64,000 nucleotides of DNA from an uncultured archaeon (GTDB lineage Archaea; Thermoplasmatota; Penumbrarchaeia; JASLWR01). The notes beneath the pieces are model-generated. The model saw only the letters and a list, made by a program, of their open reading frames with translations. It was not told the DNA's origin and ran no database searches. A program made the translations under genes and the position numbers. The DNA is taken from positions 1 through 64,000 of the forward strand of contig CAYSHM010000005.1 in NCBI GenBank assembly GCA_964430885.1. Direction: 5' to 3'. Shown here piece after piece: positions 50,101-57,161 of the stretch (positions are counted from its first letter, which is position 1; every line of letters starts with the position of its first letter).

Positions 50101-51932
50101 TTCTTTCTGCAGCTGATTGGGGAATTGGCGTTGACCATATCTGGTACTCAAAGGATGACGGATCCACATGGATGACCTATACGGGACCCATCCATTTCAG
50201 CGGTGACAGCATACTGATAGGGGCAATTGACAAGTTGGGCAACAATGAAAGTGCCAGAAAGATAATGCTCATGAGCGACAATACTGCTCCTGACACCTCC
50301 TATTCCATATCTGGCAATATCATAGGCCGTTCACCCTTGATCGTGGAATCAGGAAGCAAGCTTCAGCTGCGGGCTTCCGACAACAGCCAGATCAAAAGTA
50401 TATGGTATACCTTGGACGGGACAAGTTTTCATACCTACCAGGGACCAATTGATCTAATTGACAATATCTCAATAATCTACGGTGCAGTTGATATATTCGG
50501 CAATAACGAAACAGGCAAAAGCCTGGAGATAGGTGTCAGAAATAATGTGGCCTCTGCTCCATTTGTTATATCGGTTTCACCCTCACCCGGGTCCACTTCA
50601 ATACCTGTACTTCCAAGGATAGTTGTCAAGTTCAGCAGGACAATGAACACCAGTTCTGCTGAAAAGGCCTTTTCAATGGACGTCCCCGGGTCCTTCAGCT
50701 GGGATGCATCTGAACGGAACATGACCTATATTCTGGGTGAAGAACTGGGTTACAAATGCTTCTATACCATTGTGGTGTCAAAGGAGGCAATGAGCCCTCC
50801 TGGAAATAAAATGGTAGCGGATTTCATCTGGAGGTTCCAGACCAAGGAATATTCCGGCGGGGACAGTATGCAGACATTCACAGATTCCCTAGCAGTGGGT
50901 GAAGGGCTCGCCCTTAATGCAGAATACAGTGCCCTAGGAAAGATCATTCTGGAACCCTTGGCCAGGTCTGAGATAGGGAGCACCTACCCTTCACCGGCAG
51001 CGGATATGATGCTATTGGGAGCCTGGTTGGCACAGCCTACTCCTGGAAACGCTTTGGAGCATATGGATCTCAGTGTGGATTATGCCAACCTAAATGCACC
51101 GTCCCTGGATATGAACAATGTCAGCATCTACTATTTCGACGGTGCCAGCGAGACATGGGAAGAATGTTCCTCATTGAGCAATGATCCTGCCAGCGGTGTT
51201 GTTGAAGGAAGGGGGACTGAATTCTCCGCCTATGCAGTATTGACAAATCTCAAAGGCAGTTCTGGCAACGGTAGCCAGCCCTCTGGATCTGACCTCGATC
51301 CAATACTTGAAACCTCAAAGGACGATAAGAGTTCATACACTGGACTGACCATAGTTGTAATAGTAGTGACCCTGATCTTACTTGTCATTATGTTCTTTGT
51401 GCTGTCCAGAGGGGGAAAGAAGGAGGGGAGCGATTACGAGGAAGAATTTGAGGAGGACGCTGATGAGAAGGATGATGGACAAGAGGAGATCCTGGAAGAA
51501 GAGGTAGAGGACGAGGAGGGTTTTGAGGAAGGTGTGGAGAAAGAACGACTTGGAGAAGATGATGACGGGGAAGCTGTAGAGGTTCAGGAGGGATTTGTGA
51601 AGGAGGCGAACCCGGAAGTAGAAGAGGCAGGCAAAAAAGAGGAGGGGAATGATATGGAAGCTGAGGAAGGGGGGACGGCAGAGGATGAAGATCAGTCTGC
51701 AGAGGTAGTAGAACCTGCTGAAGTCGAAGAGGAGGAGGCGCAGGGGGAATCGGAGAGTGAAGCCGCTGAACCGGCCAAGGTAGATACAGCTGATGAAATT
51801 GTTGAAGAACCTAGAAAAGAATCCCCCGAGGAAGTTCCAGGTCAAAAGGACAAAAAAGCTGATCCGCTCACTGATGAAGATGATGACGAATTCGATGAGC
51901 TGTTGTCAGATCTGGACATGGACGATTTCTAA
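47184..51932 (+). CDS. Large adhesin-like surface protein: beta-helix/NosD, five OmpL47-like Ig repeats, Big_5-like domain, TM anchor, acidic tail
   Basis: GDGSPGNPYVIEN, GGNYWDNY..DGFGDTP..DNYPL, repeated IWYSLDG..Y.G.F..A.D..GNNE, VISVSPSPGST..VKFSRTM. ATGA overlap with the upstream gene. Confidence 0.88.
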   Translation: MRPNKGIKNLFNISFISIVLLISGLAVGLYPLISEFGTAELADPGNLAPHSVIDITSDAGFNQSNGVTHGDGSPGNPYVIENLSIDAGGGNGISISATSANYVIRNCHVYNATGYGIHLIPSSGNVSVMNCDINNTQDQALRMIGTVDNFLMDRIDVWNIHNGDGIYINPNAEKVMLENITSTNTSGVAFNLQGNVMEYSMKNINIHNVSNDRGIYSYNYEQNGKFIVNNITINKTSSDGAYLYVANKDFIGDRINLLNLPSGWGFYIQGNWGEESATLSNVYVYNFTSGEYAVYVTSFRNAHIDNMTVIDMAEIGAYALNIYDIDNGNITVRDFYGDNCRDGLRIYYCDNANIDLKRIDITETFRGFYINDCDGSQVLFNNIMLTEYSYHGIALSGMDDATVTVINSEFVGVGGFSGDGAISSSFGNDYTNYIIDNFTARDHYWYSIDLDLDQGSNVSITNSTFRNIGSYGGINIDGDYDPSYVNSTISNCLFDTMNTPIYLRNHISSVHNNKMENVGSDAMEVNKMDGSVLYENTIQNASNNWQGRGIEVVSTENITIKGNTILDMITGIRVWEGCRNNRIYNNVFLANELNAQDQTLGNNSWNATYGEGGGNYWDNYTGVDDFSGEGQNEAGADGFGDTPFTELLNIVDNYPLMNIPIWLDTFYPVSELNTTNDTYIKWENGSFVMYFIPDVTVFTIEAMDYGSGVEHIWYSLDGLTYQEYSGEFTLEAGAENLYFRAEDFNNNNESLHHMILKGDGDEPILEPALGLPNHMDGDDIFVRNSTEINFKAVDEGAGLDRIEHSLDGGSTWVEFPGLFSIENSISDYMIRAVDMLGLTAAKTYQLVVDSSKPLTDIAIDHYLGEDPRYVRSYALVTLEAADDGLSGNGSGIGKIWYSLDGGQRFETYNGSFHLPAWCHQVYYGALDNVGNNETGSLLDVFVDNEDPVTSIRALGDYYLTENKLYMTDNDTLLLSAADWGIGVDHIWYSKDDGSTWMTYTGPIHFSGDSILIGAIDKLGNNESARKIMLMSDNTAPDTSYSISGNIIGRSPLIVESGSKLQLRASDNSQIKSIWYTLDGTSFHTYQGPIDLIDNISIIYGAVDIFGNNETGKSLEIGVRNNVASAPFVISVSPSPGSTSIPVLPRIVVKFSRTMNTSSAEKAFSMDVPGSFSWDASERNMTYILGEELGYKCFYTIVVSKEAMSPPGNKMVADFIWRFQTKEYSGGDSMQTFTDSLAVGEGLALNAEYSALGKIILEPLARSEIGSTYPSPAADMMLLGAWLAQPTPGNALEHMDLSVDYANLNAPSLDMNNVSIYYFDGASETWEECSSLSNDPASGVVEGRGTEFSAYAVLTNLKGSSGNGSQPSGSDLDPILETSKDDKSSYTGLTIVVIVVTLILLVIMFFVLSRGGKKEGSDYEEEFEEDADEKDDGQEEILEEEVEDEEGFEEGVEKERLGEDDDGEAVEVQEGFVKEANPEVEEAGKKEEGNDMEAEEGGTAEDEDQSAEVVEPAEVEEEEAQGESESEAAEPAKVDTADEIVEEPRKESPEEVPGQKDKKADPLTDEDDDEFDELLSDLDMDDF

Positions 51933-52016
51933 AAATAGATGAAATTCCCAATACCAAATTCAATAGCCGCACCGGGGTCGCTATTGATCCCAAGCTTATC
52001 GATGATAGTACTAATC

Positions 52017-53984
52017 TTAGTTATCATTGGCCCCATTATGCCAGGGGTCATAGTTAGGCTGGGTCTCCAGGGGTATAGCAGGCCTGAAAGCCGGGTCCCC
52101 GTACATTGTGAAGAAGGTTACCTCTCTCCAGTCAACAGTGTCCTTGGGTTCAAAGGGAGTCGGACTGTTGTTGGGACCATAGGCCATGTACCTGTTCTCG
52201 CACCATTGGACCGCCTTCCCAGCAGTTCCGTGTTCTTCAGGATGGTTGAGTATACCGTCCCAGACAAAGGCATACCAGGCATCGTTGTGATCCCATTTGT
52301 GGTCGTCCTCGATTAAGCCGTATTCTGCCCGAAGAGCGGGTATGTCCTGTCCTATGTTGGAGTAGCTTATCTCTGTGGCCCCTATCAATACGGCGGGTCC
52401 TGCTGAAAGGTAGTTAAGTGTGAAAAGGTTCTCGAAATTGACATCGCTCTGGGGCTGGGTGCCGGGCCCGTGACCGTAGATCTTACCGTTAAGGCATGAG
52501 ACAAAGAAAGCTATCTGAGGCGGGACATTCATGGTCTGGCAATCCCCATACCTAAGTGCGTGCTCATCCCCATTTGGTCCTCTCACCCTTATGCCGTAAA
52601 GAGAACCAGTATCCGAACCATGGCCTCTATAAGCTACGTATCCAGATCCCTGGCATATCTCTATGATATTGGTCTCTTTGGAATCCACAACACCGTCGGC
52701 CAACTTGACCCCCGTTCCCGAGGGACCCCAGTAATCATAAGTGAAACCGGCATCATCATAGTCCTTGCAGATCCATCTTGCAGGGGTAGCCTGCATCCTC
52801 TTGTAGGTAATATCATAACCTGAAAAGGAGGCCCCGTGCGTCCGCCAGTTCTTTTCATGAGGTCCTCCGGCAATATCCCTGTAGTTTACCGGCACTGTAT
52901 CGGCAAAATCCTCAATAAACAGTGATTTGGAAAGCTGATTGGAAGCAAGAGATGCATCAAATTGGATCAGTCGGCCCACGGCAGCATCCTGAGTGTAGGG
53001 GTCATCATCAAGAAATCCGTATATAATATCAGAATTGGTGATCTCACCCTGGCCGCCTATCTGGGTCAGGAATTGTGGTACTGCAGAAGCACTGCCTACA
53101 ATACATACATATTCAGCAGGGCCATACATTGAAGAAACCTTTCTGATCATGTCATAATATCCCATTGCACGCCTGTTCTGGGATAACTCCATATTTAGGG
53201 TCCAATCAACCTGCTGGATGGGAGGTGCGTCGGTTATGACGAAGGCGTCGTGATGGACCGCCAGCTCTCCGGTCAAAACCGATAGAGCGGGACAGAACCA
53301 GGCATCATCGTAGGAATCGTAATCCGGTGTGCTCTGGTTTAGATGTTTAAGGGAAACATCAAAGGGATTGGTAGCGATAATGTAATTGGCTGGAATGCCT
53401 AGGGCTTTCATTTCCTTCCAGGCTGATTCCTGATCAGGATATGTCATTCTGCCGGATATGAGGGCCATGTTGGTGTTCTTGGCTACTGCGGTGGCCCAGA
53501 GTGCTTCGGAATATGATGAAACAGTGATAACTCCGTCAAACCCTATGAAATTGGACACTGCATTCGATGTGAGTGGCAGATAATGCTCTTCTTTGACTGG
53601 AGATAAACCCGCTTCTGAAAGCTGGGAGTTCACTGAATTGAATAACGCTTCTGAATTTACAAACAACAATTTAGCCCGGTCAGTTTTCCAATTGGTCAGT
53701 GTGTATATCTGCTGGGATGATAATTTCCCCTCCTGGTCAAGGATCATGAAGGGATTGTAAACTTCACCCCTGTTTATAAGTGAACTGAGACAGGCTACAG
53801 AAAGCATGTCATCGGGGTTCTTGGGATATTCAGTTATGACCATATAATCCGAAGGGAGCTCTATTGTTGGCTGATATAGGGGCCTGTCTTCTTCTTTAGG
53901 CTGGGAAAAATAAAATATCAATCCTCCGGTAACCAGTACAGACACCAGGGCTACAGCTGTAATTTTCTTGTATTTGGCGTTCAA
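52017..53984 (-). CDS. C25-family (gingipain-like) cysteine peptidase with N-terminal membrane anchor
   Basis: YVCIVG..VP, SDIIYG, AVGRL, YRGHGS (His), FVSCLNG (Cys), MYGDP. TTG start with AGGAGG SD. Confidence 0.8.
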   Translation of the reverse strand: MNAKYKKITAVALVSVLVTGGLIFYFSQPKEEDRPLYQPTIELPSDYMVITEYPKNPDDMLSVACLSSLINRGEVYNPFMILDQEGKLSSQQIYTLTNWKTDRAKLLFVNSEALFNSVNSQLSEAGLSPVKEEHYLPLTSNAVSNFIGFDGVITVSSYSEALWATAVAKNTNMALISGRMTYPDQESAWKEMKALGIPANYIIATNPFDVSLKHLNQSTPDYDSYDDAWFCPALSVLTGELAVHHDAFVITDAPPIQQVDWTLNMELSQNRRAMGYYDMIRKVSSMYGPAEYVCIVGSASAVPQFLTQIGGQGEITNSDIIYGFLDDDPYTQDAAVGRLIQFDASLASNQLSKSLFIEDFADTVPVNYRDIAGGPHEKNWRTHGASFSGYDITYKRMQATPARWICKDYDDAGFTYDYWGPSGTGVKLADGVVDSKETNIIEICQGSGYVAYRGHGSDTGSLYGIRVRGPNGDEHALRYGDCQTMNVPPQIAFFVSCLNGKIYGHGPGTQPQSDVNFENLFTLNYLSAGPAVLIGATEISYSNIGQDIPALRAEYGLIEDDHKWDHNDAWYAFVWDGILNHPEEHGTAGKAVQWCENRYMAYGPNNSPTPFEPKDTVDWREVTFFTMYGDPAFRPAIPLETQPNYDPWHNGANDN

Positions 53985-54152
53985 TAAAAATCCTCCTTAT
54001 TTTTCATCGAATATTTTCAGGCTCAAATCCGCATAATTTGAACCAATCCATATATAGTTACCCAATCTTCCAAATACTATAATAAAGTATAATTGAAATT
54101 CAAGGATTTCAATATTTCCCATAGAATTATCTGATTATAACCCTGTAATAAG

Positions 54153-54557
54153 TTGATGAATATGAAGTTGGAAAATGGATTGAAAAAGAGGATCGTCACC
54201 TGTGACGATGCACCGGAAGCACTGGGCCCTTATTCCCAGGCTGTGGAATACAATGATCTGGTTTTTCTCTCAGGTCAGCTGGGCATAGATCCTGATACGG
54301 GTGAACTGGAAGACGGCATTGAGGGCCAGACCCTGAGGGCCATAGAGAACTTGACTGCAGTATTGATAGCTGCCGGTAGCGACCTTGACAAGGTGATAAA
54401 AACTACCATTTTTCTAAGCGACCTGAATGATTTCGGGAAAGTGAATGAGATATATGCCTCATATTTTGAAAAAGAGCCTCCTGCCAGAGCCACGGTTGAG
54501 GTTGCCAGACTTCCCAAGGACGGATTGGTGGAGATCTCCATGATCGCACACAAGTAA
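54153..54557 (+). CDS. ridA: RidA/YjgF enamine deaminase
   Basis: GPYSQAV, LSGQLG, VNEIYASYF, PPARATVEVARLPK, VEIS. Confidence 0.92.
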   Translation: MMNMKLENGLKKRIVTCDDAPEALGPYSQAVEYNDLVFLSGQLGIDPDTGELEDGIEGQTLRAIENLTAVLIAAGSDLDKVIKTTIFLSDLNDFGKVNEIYASYFEKEPPARATVEVARLPKDGLVEISMIAHK

Positions 54558-54585
54558 TTGATCTTAATGATAGTGTGGCTAGGAT

Positions 54586-55530
54586 ATGATAATCACATTC
54601 TCTCAACCAATTGATCTTGACAGCACTTTCCGGTGCGGCCAAGCATTCAGATGGAAATTTGTTGATGGATGGTATTATGGAGTTCTTAATGGAAAATTGA
54701 TTAAATTGCGCTATCAATCCTATGAGAATGGCCTGGGCATTTCAAAGGGTTCCAGGATGCTGGAATGCAAATATTTCGGTGAACTGGATGATGTTCGAAT
54801 TCGCAAAATTCTTTATGAGTATCTCAGAATGGATGACGATTACCTGAAGATAATGGATAACATTGCCGTAGATGATTATATCAAGGACGCAATTGAGAGA
54901 TTCCCCGGCATGCGATTACTTCGCCAGGATCCCTGGGAGTGCTTCATCTCCTATCTCTGCTCATCCATATCAAGCATACCTCAGATAAGCCGTAATATTG
55001 AAGCATTGTCAAAGATGTTCGGCTGTGAATTGGTTTTGGATGGTATCCGAACTTACTCTTTTCCCGAAGCTGCCTATCTGGCAAAGGCTGATGAAATGGA
55101 CATAAGAAAATGCGGTGTTGGATTCAGGGCCAAGAACATCAGCGCGGCTGCCAATAGGATAGTGGCAGATGGTATAATACTGGATGAACTCAGGGAATGG
55201 AGCTATCAAGATGCAAAGTGCTTTCTCATGACATTTCAGGGAGTAGGAGAGAAGATAGCAGACTGCGTTCTTGCTTTCTCATTGGATAAATTGGAGGCTT
55301 TTCCCGTAGATCGGTGGATCAGGAGGGCTATGCTTGAGGACTACGAGAAAAAAATGATTGACTATGTGGGGAAAAAGGGGAGAGGTTCCAAAAGTAGCAG
55401 TAAAAAGTATTCCACCAGAATAAAGGACCAGGATATCAGAGATTTTTCTGCAGAATATTTCAAGGGATTCGCAGCATATGCACAGGAATTTTTATTCTAC
55501 CATAAAAGAACGTGCCCCCGGCCGGAGTAA
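54586..55530 (+). CDS. 8-oxoguanine DNA glycosylase, OGG1 type
   Basis: TFRCGQAFRW, RLLRQDPWEC, GVGFRAK, HhH-GPD motif GVGEKIADC...FPVD. Confidence 0.88.
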   Translation: MIITFSQPIDLDSTFRCGQAFRWKFVDGWYYGVLNGKLIKLRYQSYENGLGISKGSRMLECKYFGELDDVRIRKILYEYLRMDDDYLKIMDNIAVDDYIKDAIERFPGMRLLRQDPWECFISYLCSSISSIPQISRNIEALSKMFGCELVLDGIRTYSFPEAAYLAKADEMDIRKCGVGFRAKNISAAANRIVADGIILDELREWSYQDAKCFLMTFQGVGEKIADCVLAFSLDKLEAFPVDRWIRRAMLEDYEKKMIDYVGKKGRGSKSSSKKYSTRIKDQDIRDFSAEYFKGFAAYAQEFLFYHKRTCPRPE

Positions 55531-55579
55531 TTATTTCATTAAATGCTAATAATCACAACTTGAACGAATCATGGGGGTT

Positions 55580-56017
55580 TTATCTATCGGCTGCCCTTTT
55601 CCTTTCATTTAGTTCTATAGCTTCATCTTCTCGTCTAAGATCAGGATTGGTTTTTAGGTCATTGATGGTTGTTGTCCAATCTTTAAACCTGTAGCCGTTA
55701 TCGTCAATATAGATAAAACCAATTGGTTTATCCATGACCAGCTCATCATAATATATGTTATGATCTTTCAGCCATTTCTCCGTGACCTTTCTCTCTGCAG
55801 ATATGCGGGATGTGAATAGAATAATCTTGTACCCTTTATCCTTCATAGATCTTATAGATTCAACAGCACCTTCCTTGAGGGGACATTTATTCCTTTTCAG
55901 ATTTAAATATTCGTCGGGATATCCTTCATAATCACACATTTCAGTACAATTTCCCGAATCCACAATAACCCCGTCAATATCAATGCACATCGTTTGGAAG
56001 AACCAATCACTTATCAA
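55580..56017 (-). CDS. Small HAD-superfamily phosphatase-like protein
   Basis: IDIDGVI, ILFTSR, WLKDHNIYYDEL.MDKP..YIDD. TTG start with GGGTGA SD. Confidence 0.8.
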   Translation of the reverse strand: MISDWFFQTMCIDIDGVIVDSGNCTEMCDYEGYPDEYLNLKRNKCPLKEGAVESIRSMKDKGYKIILFTSRISAERKVTEKWLKDHNIYYDELVMDKPIGFIYIDDNGYRFKDWTTTINDLKTNPDLRREDEAIELNERKRAADR

Positions 56018-56037
56018 CTTTATTCACCCTATCTCAG

Positions 56038-56070
56038 TAACGAACTGTTAACGAACTGTTAACGAACTGT
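56038..56070. repeat. Three perfect tandem 11-bp repeats (TAACGAACTGT) in a divergent intergenic region
   Basis: Copies start at 56038, 56049 and 56060. Confidence 0.9.
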
Positions 56071-56235
56071 AATCTAAAGCACCTTGAATGCCAATTCCGG
56101 TCAAGGGAATGTCGAATTGGATTAAGCCTTTTTCCCCTTCATTGTATTTGTGGGCCACCATCTGGGTTGTAATTAATATTTTTACTTGCCAAAACAGTTA
56201 TATAGAGTTTTAAATAATGTTGTAGCGGTATTTGG

Positions 56236-57051
56236 ATGACTGAGAGCAATATTAAGAACAAGAGCGGCGGCGGTATGCAAACTAGAAAAAAAGGTTCCAA
56301 GAAGATCCCGCCGATCTGTGAATATCAGGTGACGGGTCAGCAGGGTAGCACCATGGTCCTGAAATGCAAAAGATGCCCTGGCCCTCACAAAATTGAACAA
56401 AAATGCCTTGGACCCCTGCTTGCTGCCTTTTCCAAAGAATATGATATCGATACGGTCAAAATGTCCCATTTCATTGAAAAAGAATATCACGGCATCAGCA
56501 TCGAACTCTTGCGTAAAATAAGTCAATTGGCAGATGAGATCGAGGACCTGTCTCTGAGAGAGCCCACCGAAGAATATTCAGCCTACAAGGGAAAGAACGA
56601 CCCAAAAAAAACGGTTTGCCAGAGATGTACATTATATCCGAGAAAATTTTTTACTAAACTAAGGGTCCTTCTTATCAAAGACATCTCCAAATTCTATGCG
56701 CTGAATAAGAAAATTGTTGGAAAACTCCCCCTATTCAAGAAGAAGACAAGCTTCTGTCATAGATGCATCCACGATACCACTGAAGATCTAAACTACATAT
56801 TTGATAAGTATGAAAAGATTGTCGGGTTCGTACTCAGCAATTCCCCCATGACTGGAAAACTTGATTCATCTCCATGGGCCGGACAGAATATGGGCGCTTT
56901 GAATTCCTACTTGAGCCCCCTGTTGAATTATCAGAAAAATATCCGAAGCTACGGCGGCCAATTCCCGAGGATCTGCCAGGTATGCATGTATCCGTTAAAG
57001 GGGCATGAAAGGAACTGTCCCAACTGTTCAACGAAAATAACTGGGAACTGA
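56236..57051 (+). CDS. Cys-rich hypothetical protein (multiple CxxC, C-terminal zinc ribbon) upstream of the pilus ATPase
   Basis: CKRC, CQRC, CHRC, CQVC...CPNC in a 271-aa ORF. Confidence 0.75.
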   Translation: MTESNIKNKSGGGMQTRKKGSKKIPPICEYQVTGQQGSTMVLKCKRCPGPHKIEQKCLGPLLAAFSKEYDIDTVKMSHFIEKEYHGISIELLRKISQLADEIEDLSLREPTEEYSAYKGKNDPKKTVCQRCTLYPRKFFTKLRVLLIKDISKFYALNKKIVGKLPLFKKKTSFCHRCIHDTTEDLNYIFDKYEKIVGFVLSNSPMTGKLDSSPWAGQNMGALNSYLSPLLNYQKNIRSYGGQFPRICQVCMYPLKGHERNCPNCSTKITGN

Positions 57052-57161
57052 TAGTAAAAATATTTAATGATTAATTACCAGATGTTTGAATTATTATCCT
57101 GATACTATTAAAATCAAAACCGGAAGAAAGGGAAATAACCACAACAAGAGGGCGAATAAAA

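Noticed and set aside
51939-52316. 125-aa plus-strand ORF right after the adhesin gene
   Set aside because: Mostly antisense to the conserved C-terminus of the C25 peptidase, with no recognisable motif.
56038-56070. Direct repeats as a mini-CRISPR
   Set aside because: The 11-bp units are contiguous, with no spacers.
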